Shown: positions 37,321 to 47,705 of the stretch, piece by piece
Layout of the letters: each line of letters begins with the position of its first letter
Numbering within the stretch: the stretch's first letter is position 1
Assembly: GCA_036337435.1 (NCBI GenBank)
Contig: JAYZEG010000086.1
Span: 1-61,322, forward strand
DNA from: Myxococcota bacterium
Lineage (GTDB): Bacteria > Myxococcota_A > Bradymonadia > UBA7976 > UBA1532
Reading direction: 5' to 3'
DNA: 61,322 nucleotides
Notes under the pieces: generated by a model
The model's input: the letters and a program-made list of their open reading frames with translations, nothing else
Databases searched by the model: none
What the model was told of the DNA's origin: nothing
Program-made: the position numbers and the translations under genes

Positions 37321-38504
37321 TCGTCAAGCCCATCATCCAGAGCGGTCACAATCGTTTGATCATCGTCATCGAACTCATCTTGGCTCCCTGCCCAACGGCG
37401 CTGCTCGACGGTTTCCAAGATGGTTGGAAGACCACTGTCTTCGAACGCAGTGATGTCAGGAACGGGTTGAGCGATAGGCTCATAAACCCGAAATGTCTGC
37501 GTTTCAGAATCCTTCAGAAAGCCAAGGTCAGCCACGGTCTGCCGTAACGGCTCGGCTACAGTAGAATCGAATCGAGCTAAGACGGAGTCGAGTTCATCAA
37601 CGCCGGCGGTTGTTTGCTGACCACCAGCAATGGAGTTTGACGTTCTCAGACCTTCGAGAGCAATCACGCCTTCGAGCAAAGCAGCCAGTGTGCCAGCAGA
37701 TGGCACGCGTTCCTCGGGCTTTACGGCCAGGCATGCTTCGATCACCGCGGCCATCGAATCAGGTATCGACGGGTTTCTTTTCTGCATTGGCGGCAGTGGG
37801 GCACCATCTAAAAACCGACGAAACACCTCTGAGGTATCCAAACGTTCGAACGGAACATGACCCGTGAGCATTTCGTATAAGGTCGCGCCGAGAGCATAGA
37901 TGTCAGCTCGTCCATCTAAGGTTGAATGAGAAAACTGCTCTGGCGGCATGTACCACAGTGTCCCAACACTTGCCCCGACGACCGTTAAATCCGGACTCCG
38001 TTCTGGAGCTTTTGCAACCCCGAAGTCAGAGAGCCGAACCGAGGACGGGATGTTGGAATTTTTGAACAGCACGTTGGCGGGCTTAATATCTCGGTGAACC
38101 ACCCCCTGGCCGTGTGCGCATTCGATAGCGCGTGCCAGACGAACACCTACGTCGAGCACAGCGGCCGTGTCCAGTTGCCCACCGCGAGCTTTAAGGAGAT
38201 CTTCTACAGAGCCGCCTGCGAGATATTCGATCATCATCGCTTGGTAGCTGTCGGTCTCAACGTAATCGTGAATTAATGCAATCGCTGGATGCCTTAATTC
38301 TGCCTGCAATCGGGCACCTTGAGCAAAGCGCTCGGCTAAGACCTTTTCACCCGACCGACTGTCCCTGTGACGGAGTTTTACAGCGACTTTGCGACCCAGG
38401 GTTACGTGGGTGCCGAGATACACGATTCCCATGGAACCATTGCCGATTCGCTTACCCAGTTCGTACTGACCAATTTTCTGCGGTACGGCGAACCCACCAA
38501 GCAT
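37317..38504 (-). CDS. Cytoplasmic Hanks-type Ser/Thr protein kinase
   Basis: IGNGSMGIVY, VAVK, HRDIKPAN, SDFG, GTLWYMPPE. Confidence 0.94.
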   Translation of the reverse strand: MLGGFAVPQKIGQYELGKRIGNGSMGIVYLGTHVTLGRKVAVKLRHRDSRSGEKVLAERFAQGARLQAELRHPAIALIHDYVETDSYQAMMIEYLAGGSVEDLLKARGGQLDTAAVLDVGVRLARAIECAHGQGVVHRDIKPANVLFKNSNIPSSVRLSDFGVAKAPERSPDLTVVGASVGTLWYMPPEQFSHSTLDGRADIYALGATLYEMLTGHVPFERLDTSEVFRRFLDGAPLPPMQKRNPSIPDSMAAVIEACLAVKPEERVPSAGTLAALLEGVIALEGLRTSNSIAGGQQTTAGVDELDSVLARFDSTVAEPLRQTVADLGFLKDSETQTFRVYEPIAQPVPDITAFEDSGLPTILETVEQRRWAGSQDEFDDDDQTIVTALDDGLDD

Positions 38505-38516
38505 TGAACGTGACTC

Positions 38517-39200
38517 CTAATCGTCGCTGAGTTCGCGCCGAACGGCACGACTGAACCGAATCGCGTCGGTCTTCATTGATGGACTCGTAAACACGATCGA
38601 TGCCCGACCGAACCCAAATGCTAAATCAAGCAGCGAATCCATTTCGTAATCAGAGAAACCTGCCCGCAGGCCGCGACGCCCCATCAAACGCCAATAGGGA
38701 TTTATTTGACGTGGAAGTTCCTCGATGTCGTCCATACCGAGGGGGTCGAAAACGGGTGTAAGCCCCGCGGCGTCTGCAACCTCTGCAAACGCCTCTGGTT
38801 GAGACTCCCAAAGGCCCTCCGCCCACCAGGCCGCCTGCCGGTCGCCTAAATGAGCTTGAAAAAAATCAACCAGCGCAATTTTATTCGTCGATGTCGGCCG
38901 AAAACTGGCTGGTGTTCGGAAAAGAATTCGATGGGCATCTAAATCGTCATATAGAGTCACAACTCTGTCCCATCTGGCTTTGGACCCCGACGTGCTAAAG
39001 CCACCAGCCACCGGGTCAATTCCAAATCCGAGTACCAAGCCTTGGGTTGTCATCTGATCCGTCCACTTACGAACGGTTTTGTCTTTCACATTCGCGACGA
39101 TTTTTTCATCCAATTCCATGATTTGAAATTGGTCCCAGTAGGTTTGCGCTGAATCCGCAAGGCCCACACACCCCACAGAGATTGACGGCAATGACTCCAT
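38517..39200 (-). CDS. DUF72-like protein
   Basis: VGCVG, YWDQFQIMEL, TVRKW, ILFRTPASFRP and VFDP resemble the DUF72 family. Confidence 0.6.
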   Translation of the reverse strand: MESLPSISVGCVGLADSAQTYWDQFQIMELDEKIVANVKDKTVRKWTDQMTTQGLVLGFGIDPVAGGFSTSGSKARWDRVVTLYDDLDAHRILFRTPASFRPTSTNKIALVDFFQAHLGDRQAAWWAEGLWESQPEAFAEVADAAGLTPVFDPLGMDDIEELPRQINPYWRLMGRRGLRAGFSDYEMDSLLDLAFGFGRASIVFTSPSMKTDAIRFSRAVRRELSDD

Positions 39201-39404
39201 TCATCGAACTCCAGTTCAGTTTCAAAGTCGGCTGGGCCTTTGACGGCTAGACGATTATCGATCGAGAACCCAGGCAAGGCATATAAGATACCATCGACTT
39301 GCACCACACTCATACCCCAATTCAATGGAATCGACATTTCAATTTGCGATTGCCCGTATATTTTGACATACAAATTTCGAGGACTGAGTTACCTGGAGGC
39401 AACC

Positions 39405-40652
39405 ATGACAGACAATGCACACATTAGAGCGGTCGACCCCGACGTCGCAAACCTGATCGATCAAGAGATTCAGCGCCAGCGAGACGTTCTGCGCTTAATC
39501 CCGTCTGAGAACTACGCTTCAGCTGCGGTCCTACAGGCAACAGGAAGTTGCCTGACCAACAAGTACAGCGAAGGCTATGCTGGGCGACGCTATTACCAAG
39601 GGCAGGATTACATCGACGGACTTGAACGGCTGGCGATCGAACGTGCGAAACAACTGTTCGGTGCGGACCATGTAAATGTTCAACCCTATTCGGGCTCACC
39701 CGCTAATCTTGCTGTCTATCTTGGACTGCTCAATCCGGGTGACGGCATTTTGAGTATGAGCTTACCCCATGGAGGCCATCTTACACACGGTTGGAAGGTC
39801 ACCATTTCAGGTCAATATTTTAACGCGGTTCAATATGGCGTTGATAGGGATTCAAAACGAATTGACATGGACCAGGTCGCAGCGATGGCGCGCGAACACA
39901 AACCTAGGTTGATTATTTGCGGTGCCTCGGCCTATCCCAGACTCATCGATTTCGCGGCCTTTGCAGAGATTGCCAATGACGTGGGCGCGTACTTACTTGC
40001 GGATATCGCCCATATTTCAGGGCTTGTCGCCGGAGGGGCACACCCATCACCCGTCCCGTATGCCGATGTGGTCTCAACCACGACACATAAAACGTTGCGA
40101 GGACCAAGGGGTGGCATGTTGATGTGTAAGACGGAGCATGCGAAAGCCATCGATCGCGGTGTATTCCCGGGCCTACAAGGTGGGCCGCATAACCATACGA
40201 CCGGCGCCCTAGCGATCGCACTCAAGGAAGCATTGCAACCCGAGTTTAAAGACTATGCTGCCAAGACTGTGCGAAATTGTCAGGCATTGGGCGATGGGCT
40301 CTTGGCCCATGGCTTCGATTTGGTGTCCGGTGGAACGGATAACCATCTCCTGCTCGTCGATTTGTCCGGTAAGAATGTCTCAGGAAAAATTGCCGCGGGG
40401 GCACTCGAAAAAGCAGGCATCGTCTGCAATGCCAACAGCGTGCCTTTCGACACACGGAAACCCTTTGACCCCAGTGGGATTCGTATCGGTACACCGGCAC
40501 TGACATCCCGCGGCATGGGTGCTGATGAAATGCAACAGCTCGCAAATTGGATCAACTCTGCTATCAACGCGCCTGACGACGACACGGCATTGAGTGCAAT
40601 CGCCAACGAGGTAAAAGCACTGTGTGACCAATTTCCGGCCCCAGGCGTCTGA
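39405..40652 (+). CDS. glyA: Serine hydroxymethyltransferase
   Basis: GGAGG RBS before ATG 39405; LIPSENY, NKYSEGY, STTTHKTLRGPRGG (PLP Lys), FPGLQGGP. Confidence 0.98.
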   Translation: MTDNAHIRAVDPDVANLIDQEIQRQRDVLRLIPSENYASAAVLQATGSCLTNKYSEGYAGRRYYQGQDYIDGLERLAIERAKQLFGADHVNVQPYSGSPANLAVYLGLLNPGDGILSMSLPHGGHLTHGWKVTISGQYFNAVQYGVDRDSKRIDMDQVAAMAREHKPRLIICGASAYPRLIDFAAFAEIANDVGAYLLADIAHISGLVAGGAHPSPVPYADVVSTTTHKTLRGPRGGMLMCKTEHAKAIDRGVFPGLQGGPHNHTTGALAIALKEALQPEFKDYAAKTVRNCQALGDGLLAHGFDLVSGGTDNHLLLVDLSGKNVSGKIAAGALEKAGIVCNANSVPFDTRKPFDPSGIRIGTPALTSRGMGADEMQQLANWINSAINAPDDDTALSAIANEVKALCDQFPAPGV

Positions 40653-40721
40653 ATGACCCAAAAGCAATTGGTGAGTGGGCGTTATTTTAAGCTTTGTTGC
40701 CTGGAGCAAGCAGGGCTTTGC

Positions 40722-41417
40722 CTAATCGCTGCTGCCCTTGTTGGAGTTAGAGCCTTGTCCGGCTCCATCGCCCTTCGGGCCATTTCGGCCACCACGACGA
40801 CGTCTTCGGCGCCGATTTTGTCCGCCGCCGGACGATTCCCCCTGATTATTGCGTCCGTGGTTATGGCCACCGCTTCCTCGGCGTCGTCGACGATTGGCAC
40901 CACCCGAACCGCGCTTGCGGTTGCCGGAACGACCATTACCCATGCGATCAGCCAGTGCTTTCATTTCCGTGATCGCTTCGAGATCTTCCTCGGTCATTTC
41001 CGGTACACCATCGTATTTCGAGCCGTTCCCCTTTGCATCACGAGCGAGTTCTGAAGCAATATCTAAATCATCGCCAGTCAATAAAGTCCCGCACGCGTTC
41101 TTACATGAATCGCACCGAACGCCCTGTCGCTCTTTGGGCCAACGCTCCAAGGAGACAAAAACGCCGCAAACGGCACATGCAAATTCAATTGGCCCCTTCC
41201 CTTTACGTCCCGCAGTGGAATCGTCTGGATCGATGCCAAGTCTCGCGTTTGAGCGTGCCCAAAACGTGGAGGGGTCTTCGCCTTGCTGGTATTGACCTAA
41301 CGCCGACTGATAGGATACGCCGCGCCCTGAGGACCGATTAGGTGACCGCCCACCAGAACGGCCACCACGACCGCGACGCCGTCGATTCGAAGAATTTTGA
41401 CTCAACACTGTCTCCAA
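40722..41417 (-). CDS. Arg/Gly-rich protein with CxxC-x17-CxxC zinc ribbon
   Basis: CAVC-17 aa-CDSC flanked by RRRRGRGG and NRRRRRRRGG low-complexity tracts. Confidence 0.65.
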   Translation of the reverse strand: METVLSQNSSNRRRRGRGGRSGGRSPNRSSGRGVSYQSALGQYQQGEDPSTFWARSNARLGIDPDDSTAGRKGKGPIEFACAVCGVFVSLERWPKERQGVRCDSCKNACGTLLTGDDLDIASELARDAKGNGSKYDGVPEMTEEDLEAITEMKALADRMGNGRSGNRKRGSGGANRRRRRGSGGHNHGRNNQGESSGGGQNRRRRRRRGGRNGPKGDGAGQGSNSNKGSSD

Positions 41418-41684
41418 TCTGCTGAATGCCGGCGCCGTTATTTAAAGGGACGCCAGCCAGATAACTTAGGTGTTTCGGGCGAGGTGCGTCGGTACCGCAC
41501 GCGCCTGGGAGAGGCGAGATAGCATACATCCCCCCCAAGTTCAAGACGAGTCGTTCGCAAATGCACGCGAGACCCGTTCACTTAACCGTTTAGCTGCTAT
41601 CAATCTGTTCATGCGGTCACAGCCGACACAAAAAATTCGCGGTTTGGTGTACCAGTTGAGTCTGACGAGTGATAGATCATAGCC

Positions 41685-43118
41685 ATGAAGATCTGCCCAC
41701 ATTGCTCCGAACCCGTCGAACCGACGCAAGCGACCTGCCTAGCGTGTGGCCATGCGATTCTTGGAGACCCCAATGCCGATCCTTGGCTCAATCGAGAAAT
41801 TGCCGGTCGTTACCGGATCGAGAGCAAATTAGGCGATGGTGGAATGGGCGAAGTTTATCGTGCTGTCCAAACGGCTATGGCCCGCCCCATCGCGTTAAAA
41901 ATCCTAAATGACGAATTGGCCCAAAAGCCCAGTCAAGTGGAGCGTTTCAAGAGAGAAGCACAAGCCGCGAGTCAACTGACCCACCCCAACACAATTGTTG
42001 TGCATGACTTTGGTCAGTGTGATGACGGCACACTCTTCATCGCCATGGAATACCTTGAGGGGATGGCCCTTGCTGAAGTGCTCAACAAGTCTGAACGGCT
42101 TGAGCCACGCCGCTTAGTCAACATTTTGGCTCAAGTCTGTGATAGTCTGCAGGAGGCTCATGACCAACAAGTGGTGCACCGCGACCTCAAGCCCGAGAAT
42201 ATTTTTCTGACCAGTCGAGGTGATGAGGACGACTTTGCGAAAGTACTCGATTTCGGCATTGCCAAGCTGACCAAAGCACCCGATGGCCAAATGGTCGATC
42301 GCCTTACTCGAGCCGGAACCCTATGCGGTACTCCACACTATATGGCTCCCGAACAAATCCGGGACGAAACCGTGGACTGGCGCGCCGACATTTATGCGCT
42401 CGGCGTGCTCATTTACTACACGCTTGCGCAGAAAGAGCCATTCGATGCCGACAAACTTGTCGATGTCCTTACCATGCATTTGCACAAGGACCCACCGGCC
42501 ATCGACTGGGGTTCGGGGGACGTTGACCCCGCCTATTTTCAACTTGAATCTGTCGCTCGCCTTGCCTTGTCAAAAGACCGGGAAGATCGACCACAAAGCG
42601 CACGAGAGCTGAAAATGTTGCTCCGGGCCACTTTGAATGACCAGACACAGCTATCCACGTTCAATTTGACCCCATCATCGCCTGAAAAGAAACGGTTGTC
42701 GGGCACGCTCAGAGAGCTTTTCAAAGTGCGGAAAAATAGACGTTGGGCGATTGGATTTGGTTTTGTTTTTCTGTGCATTTTAGTCGGTCATCTCAGCGAA
42801 TCAGATACACCACAATCCAGTCAAACCATCCCCGTCCCGAGAGCAAGCCAAAGTGAACCGAGTGAGCGACATCAAGACTTGGTGCAAGACGTTCTCAAGC
42901 AGCTGCAGTTGGAAAACGAGACACTCCGAGCCAAACTGATGAAAAAAGAAAACGAGTCTCTCAAAAGCCTACTTCAGAAGAAGAAGGAAAATGAACATCT
43001 GAAGGCCCAACTCGATAAGCTGAAACAAGGGACAGCACAGCCAAACTCAACGCCTGCGAAAAACCAAGCAACTGAACAAACAGACGCGGTTGTTCGGCCT
43101 AGAAAACTCGACCCATGA
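41685..43118 (+). CDS. Ser/Thr protein kinase with N-terminal zinc ribbon, TM helix and coiled coil
   Basis: CPHC..CLAC; LGDGGMGEVY, HRDLKPEN, DFGIAK, GTPHYMAPE; TM segment WAIGFGFVFLCILVG. Confidence 0.94.
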   Translation: MKICPHCSEPVEPTQATCLACGHAILGDPNADPWLNREIAGRYRIESKLGDGGMGEVYRAVQTAMARPIALKILNDELAQKPSQVERFKREAQAASQLTHPNTIVVHDFGQCDDGTLFIAMEYLEGMALAEVLNKSERLEPRRLVNILAQVCDSLQEAHDQQVVHRDLKPENIFLTSRGDEDDFAKVLDFGIAKLTKAPDGQMVDRLTRAGTLCGTPHYMAPEQIRDETVDWRADIYALGVLIYYTLAQKEPFDADKLVDVLTMHLHKDPPAIDWGSGDVDPAYFQLESVARLALSKDREDRPQSARELKMLLRATLNDQTQLSTFNLTPSSPEKKRLSGTLRELFKVRKNRRWAIGFGFVFLCILVGHLSESDTPQSSQTIPVPRASQSEPSERHQDLVQDVLKQLQLENETLRAKLMKKENESLKSLLQKKKENEHLKAQLDKLKQGTAQPNSTPAKNQATEQTDAVVRPRKLDP

Positions 43119-44119
43119 GCCTGGGTATCCGGCACATTAATGCCGTCATCATCGTTGTTGTCTTGGGGCCGTCTACCCTGTGGGCAGAATCCAGAAACTT
43201 GGTCAGTGTGAATGCATCTCGTCGCATCGCCGTGAAGTCATGGGGTCCGCATTGTGGTGCCAAACCTAAATCTCGGGGGCTTGCTAAAGGCCGGACATAT
43301 TCATTGAAGAATGGCCGCATCAAATCGAGCAAAGGAGGCCAAGTGCTCTTTGGGTCCGGCGTCTGTCGTTCTGCAACGGGACTTCCGAACCTGAGTGAAT
43401 CTGGAGGGAAACCGGGTCGGATGAGCTGCAAATCGGCAAGCAGCAGCAGCACATCGGTGCTCGGACGGATCACCCGGAAAACGAAGGGCGAAACCATTAC
43501 GATCACACATCGTTTAGAGTATGAATGGCGCTTAAATGAGTCCCATTGCCATACAATCGATCGGCTCAAGTGGACCCTGAGAGCGCAAGGCCTCAATGAC
43601 AAGCCCAAAAACAAAAAACAGGAAAAAAAAGATCTTTGTGCATCACCAGGACCACCCAAGTCGTTACTTGCTAAGACTCCGAGACGAAGCAAGGCTGCCG
43701 TCGGTGAGATACTCAACTTCAAAGTCGTGGTCCTGGATAAAAACCGCTGCCCCTTAAGCATACCTGTTAAATGGTCGACGCAGCGGGGCCGGATCACCCG
43801 TAAGGGTCAGCTGGATACGACAGGGCTCACAGAGGGGCAATTCCGAGTCACGGCTCGAGTTAAATCACTGCGCACACGATTTCGGGTGCAATTGACGCCG
43901 GAAAGAACGGCTGATCCACTGACGCCTGCACATGCGCCACTTAGGGCAAACGCGACGCTGCAAGACAGCGAAAAATCCCCTCGATATAATGGCATACTCC
44001 TGATTGAAGCGGTCCAAAACAAATCCAAAACGTCGGGCCATTGGTTAATCATTGGTAGCTTATCTGTCGTCGTCGGACTAATCTGTATTGCGTTAGGATA
44101 TAGAAGAAGAGCGAGTTAA
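43115..44119 (+). CDS. Exported membrane-anchored protein with Ig-like segment
   Basis: ATGA overlap with the kinase, signal peptide, VKWSTQRGRIT..G Ig-like pattern, and a C-terminal TM followed by RRR. Confidence 0.65.
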   Translation: MSLGIRHINAVIIVVVLGPSTLWAESRNLVSVNASRRIAVKSWGPHCGAKPKSRGLAKGRTYSLKNGRIKSSKGGQVLFGSGVCRSATGLPNLSESGGKPGRMSCKSASSSSTSVLGRITRKTKGETITITHRLEYEWRLNESHCHTIDRLKWTLRAQGLNDKPKNKKQEKKDLCASPGPPKSLLAKTPRRSKAAVGEILNFKVVVLDKNRCPLSIPVKWSTQRGRITRKGQLDTTGLTEGQFRVTARVKSLRTRFRVQLTPERTADPLTPAHAPLRANATLQDSEKSPRYNGILLIEAVQNKSKTSGHWLIIGSLSVVVGLICIALGYRRRAS

Positions 44120-44120
44120 A

Positions 44121-44882
44121 TTGAGCCAGCAGATGAAATCGCCATTGAAGGTCGCCCTAGTCTTGATTGGCAACGAGCTTCTCAGCGGCAAAATTCAAGA
44201 TAGCAATGGACATTATGCTTCGAAACGTCTGCGAGGCTTGGGCGTAGAGCTTACGCGCATCTCAATTATTCCTGACCAACGGCAGGTCATCGTGAGTGAA
44301 GTTTCAAAGCTCAAAGCTGAGGTCGATTATCTCATCACCAGCGGCGGTGTAGGCCCCACCCATGACGACATCACCCTGGAGGCGGTGGCGGATGCCTGTT
44401 CAACGACAACCTTCCTTGAACCGAGGCTCGAAAAGTTGATTCGCGGATTTTTCAAAGACCGGACAACGCCCCATCATCTCAGAATGGCACAAATCCCGGA
44501 AGGCAGCGTATTGATCGATGTGGGTGAAAACACGTGGCCGGTCGTCCGAATGGATAATATATTCATCCTCCCGGGTGTCCCGGAAATCTTCCGAGCTAAA
44601 TTTGAGGCAATCGCGTCGACCTTTCGCTCAGGGAACTGGTTTCTTCGCTCTGTTTACCTAAACGTTGAAGAAGGCACAGTTGCTCCCCTGCTCCAAACGT
44701 TAGAGACCCTGTTTGAGGTGTCTGTCGGCAGTTACCCGAAATGGCGTAATGCAGACCACAAGGTCAGAGTGACCATCGAAGGTAGAGCGAGTCAGCCCGT
44801 AAATGAGGCAACAAATCACCTGATCTCACACACTGACCCGTCGCAACTCGTGCGGGTGGACGACCCAGTTGAAGCGGACTGA
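44121..44882 (+). CDS. CinA-like molybdopterin-binding-fold protein (no PncC domain)
   Basis: IGNELLSGKIQDSN, TSGGVGPTHDDIT, LPGVPE, VGSYP. Confidence 0.9.
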   Translation: MSQQMKSPLKVALVLIGNELLSGKIQDSNGHYASKRLRGLGVELTRISIIPDQRQVIVSEVSKLKAEVDYLITSGGVGPTHDDITLEAVADACSTTTFLEPRLEKLIRGFFKDRTTPHHLRMAQIPEGSVLIDVGENTWPVVRMDNIFILPGVPEIFRAKFEAIASTFRSGNWFLRSVYLNVEEGTVAPLLQTLETLFEVSVGSYPKWRNADHKVRVTIEGRASQPVNEATNHLISHTDPSQLVRVDDPVEAD

Positions 44883-44884
44883 TT

Positions 44885-45661
44885 TCACTTGCTGGAAAAG
44901 TAATCCGAGCGTTCTTGAAATAAGATATTGAAGGTCGTCAATGAACCAAAACTGCGTTTGATGTAAGAGGTCAGCTTGGCGACCTCAGATTCTGTGAAAT
45001 TTCGATTGTCCTGGATGGATGCGTCTCGAGAAAGTAATTCATCACGGACAAGTGCCATCCGACGAAAAAACTCTTCCATGGGTTCCGAAAACGTGCCGGC
45101 GTCGCCATAGATGACCTGTCCCCCAAGCCAACGCTCCCCCAATGCCGGTGCAGTGATTTTCAAGTTGTGCCAGTCGACAGCGCGACTCAAATCATCCAAC
45201 ATTGTTACAACTTCTTCGGTTCCAGACTGAGGATTACGGCTTGATGCAAACCCACAAAAGAAATTGAGAACAACGGCTTGAATCCGCGTTAACTGGCCTT
45301 GCAAAGCGAACAACCGCATTGGACTGAGCTTATCTGACGAATTGAGTTTTTGCTCCAACACCCGACAATTGTCTCGAATACTCATGGCTTTACCAAGGAA
45401 CTGCTCCACCGGAATTTCCTTCGCTTGCAACTGACTGTCTGCGGGCCGCAATACAATCGAGCCGGTAATCCCCATGGATGCTTTTGGCTGGGGAACTTCG
45501 ACCCGAGTCGAGATGACATCATTCAATCCCTGCTTGACCTGAGATGGCGAGGCAAAACTAAGGATTTCTGCAACAACACTCGATGCCACACTGAAATGGA
45601 GGCCCGATGAACTTTGCACCGTGCGTCTGGAACCAGTCCGAGGCGGAATGAAATTGGACAT
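44885..45661 (-). CDS. Hypothetical protein with internal domain duplication
   Basis: Long ORF with two similar blocks (IPVEQFLGKAMSIRDNCRVLEQKLN / EPMEEFFRRMALVRDELLSRDASIQ). Start is uncertain (45661 or 45721). Confidence 0.65.
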   Translation of the reverse strand: MSNFIPPRTGSRRTVQSSSGLHFSVASSVVAEILSFASPSQVKQGLNDVISTRVEVPQPKASMGITGSIVLRPADSQLQAKEIPVEQFLGKAMSIRDNCRVLEQKLNSSDKLSPMRLFALQGQLTRIQAVVLNFFCGFASSRNPQSGTEEVVTMLDDLSRAVDWHNLKITAPALGERWLGGQVIYGDAGTFSEPMEEFFRRMALVRDELLSRDASIQDNRNFTESEVAKLTSYIKRSFGSLTTFNILFQERSDYFSSK

Positions 45662-45967
45662 ACTGTCGACTCCATAAGGTGTACTATTAGAAACAGGCGC
45701 GACTGAAACAGGCCGTTCCAAGTGTCAAGCGAACAGTGCACTCACAAGACCGTCTCGGCGACGCTCTCACCACTGTAGCTCGAAAGACACCCTCACGAGC
45801 GAATCTCTATCGCTGATTAACACTTAGCACACTCCTCACCCGCGAGTAAGAAATCCGTTAGACCAAAGCACATAGGAAAAAACGTACAATCCACATGGAG
45901 GGGACGCGATTTTCGGTTGCCTAAATGGCCAAGCGGAGGTTCACTGCCATAAACGATGGAGGGCAAC

Positions 45968-46777
45968 ATGGATCAACGACAACAACTCATTCAAACAGCA
46001 TACGAAGACCGCAGCCGCCTCAGTGATGCGAAAGCCGCTGTGATTAGTGTCATTGAAGACCTCGATAAGGGCCGCCTGCGAGTCGCGGAAAAAAGGTCAG
46101 GAGACTGGGTCGTCAACACGTGGGTGAAGCAAGCGGTCTTGCTCTATTTCGGGGTTGCACAAATGGAGACCCTTGAGTGTGGCCCATTCGAATACCATGA
46201 CAAAATTCCAACCAAGTCGAATCTTGCAGACCAAGGTATACGCGTTGTTCCCCCAGGGACTGCACGATATGGCAGTTACCTTGAACCAGGGACCATTCTG
46301 ATGCCGGGGTATGTCAATATTGGTGCCTGGGTTGGTCGTGGCACAATGGTTGACACCTGGGCAACCGTGGGCTCATGCGCACAGATTGGCCGGGATGTTC
46401 ATCTGGCCGGCGGCGTTGGGATCGGTGGTGTGCTCGAACCAGCAAGTGCCCAGCCGGTTATTATTGAAGATGGTGCATTTGTTGGCTCACGCTGTGTGGT
46501 TGTCGAGGGTGTGCGGGTCGGCACAGAAGCTGTACTGGGTGCAAACGTCGTCCTTACAGCATCTACGCCAATTATCGACGTGACCGGCTCGAAAGAGGTG
46601 ATTCTACGCGGCCACGTTCCGCCAAGATCTGTCGTCGTTCCGGGCGTACGGCCAAAAACGTTTAACTCGGGAACCTATCATTTGCCCTGCGCCTTAATTA
46701 TCGGCGAGCGCAAAGCATCGACGGATCGAAAAACATCATTAAATGACGCGCTTCGGGATTTTGCTGTCTCCGTGTAG
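45968..46777 (+). CDS. dapD: 2,3,4,5-tetrahydropyridine-2,6-dicarboxylate N-succinyltransferase
   Basis: LDKGRLRVAEK, WVKQAVLLYF, DTWATVGSCAQIG, GGVGIGGVLEP, KTSLNDALR. Confidence 0.97.
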   Translation: MDQRQQLIQTAYEDRSRLSDAKAAVISVIEDLDKGRLRVAEKRSGDWVVNTWVKQAVLLYFGVAQMETLECGPFEYHDKIPTKSNLADQGIRVVPPGTARYGSYLEPGTILMPGYVNIGAWVGRGTMVDTWATVGSCAQIGRDVHLAGGVGIGGVLEPASAQPVIIEDGAFVGSRCVVVEGVRVGTEAVLGANVVLTASTPIIDVTGSKEVILRGHVPPRSVVVPGVRPKTFNSGTYHLPCALIIGERKASTDRKTSLNDALRDFAVSV

Positions 46778-46841
46778 ACAAATTTGTGCAGAATTGAGGT
46801 GTGGGTGTAGACTTAAAAATAAACTGCCATGAGGATTCAAC

Positions 46842-47678
46842 TTGAGCAACGACCAGTCCCCTGTCGACGATTTGTTTGGTGACGAAGGTTTGAGAATTGA
46901 AGACGGGTCGGACGAACGTCGTTTGCCTCGCAAAACCATTCAATTGAAAGGTTGGATGGTGGGTGCCACTGTGTTGGTGGTTGCTCTACTCTGGTGGTGG
47001 TCGAGTCTTCACCATAACCAGTTTTATCTGGTGGTAGAAGACCAAAATGTCAGCGTTAAACGCGGCTATTTCTTTCCATTTGGTGAGGGTGACTGGGCAC
47101 CAAATCGGGCTTATGAAGCATTTCAACTACCGCCGGATATCAAGCCGGTCAAACAGGGCAAGATGTCGGCCAAAGAACTGGACAAGACCCTGAAAAAACT
47201 CTTCATGGACGTTGCACAGCGAGAGTTAAATGACCTAAAAAAAGGGCGCATAGACGTCGCCGAGGATATGCTTTTGCGGGGGCAGAAACTCCGTTCAACA
47301 AGCGTGTCCGATGACCGAGTCTTACTTCGACTTCTTGGCGATGTAGCATTTCGACGTGGTCTCACTGAAGTCCGCGGGCTGCAAGCTCGTTTTGATGAAG
47401 CCTTAGCTCAGTTTAGGCTGGCACATCGCCGCGGTGGAAATGTGTTTAATGGCGCCCAAAAATGGGTCAAAGCCATCTCGAAATTGAGACTCGAGTTTAA
47501 ACGTTTGTCCTTAGAGAGTGGGATTGACCCGGATCTCCTTTTGCAGTCGGGTCGGTTAGAACCCCAAAGGCTTCAAGCCTCCGAAGCGACACAGAAACCG
47601 GACAATCGTGGAGGACAAACAACCCCGACCACGCGCCCATTGCCGGACAAACCTGAGGCTAAACCAGCAGCGAAGTAG
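46842..47678 (+). CDS. Hypothetical single-pass membrane protein
   Basis: GAGG RBS before TTG; one TM helix (VGATVLVVALLWWW) followed by a helical domain. Confidence 0.7.
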   Translation: MSNDQSPVDDLFGDEGLRIEDGSDERRLPRKTIQLKGWMVGATVLVVALLWWWSSLHHNQFYLVVEDQNVSVKRGYFFPFGEGDWAPNRAYEAFQLPPDIKPVKQGKMSAKELDKTLKKLFMDVAQRELNDLKKGRIDVAEDMLLRGQKLRSTSVSDDRVLLRLLGDVAFRRGLTEVRGLQARFDEALAQFRLAHRRGGNVFNGAQKWVKAISKLRLEFKRLSLESGIDPDLLLQSGRLEPQRLQASEATQKPDNRGGQTTPTTRPLPDKPEAKPAAK

Positions 47679-47705
47679 GTGAATGTCGAGCAGGCCAACC
47701 GTGTT

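Noticed and set aside
39086..39373. 95-aa minus-strand ORF between the DUF72-like gene and glyA
   Set aside because: TTG start without an RBS, 115-nt overlap with the DUF72-like gene, and it occupies the probable divergent promoter region.
39200..39404. ZTP or glycine riboswitch upstream of glyA
   Set aside because: No recognisable consensus elements seen by eye; an Infernal search would be decisive.
45741..45840. Recurring CTCAC pentamers in the intergenic region before dapD
   Set aside because: Too short and irregularly spaced to distinguish from chance.
45824..45852. CIRCE-like sequence TTAGCACACTC-N9-GAGTAAGAA upstream of dapD
   Set aside because: Only the ACTC-N9-GAGT core fits. The arms are out of register with TTAGCACTC-N9-GAGTGCTAA, and the flanking genes are not chaperones.
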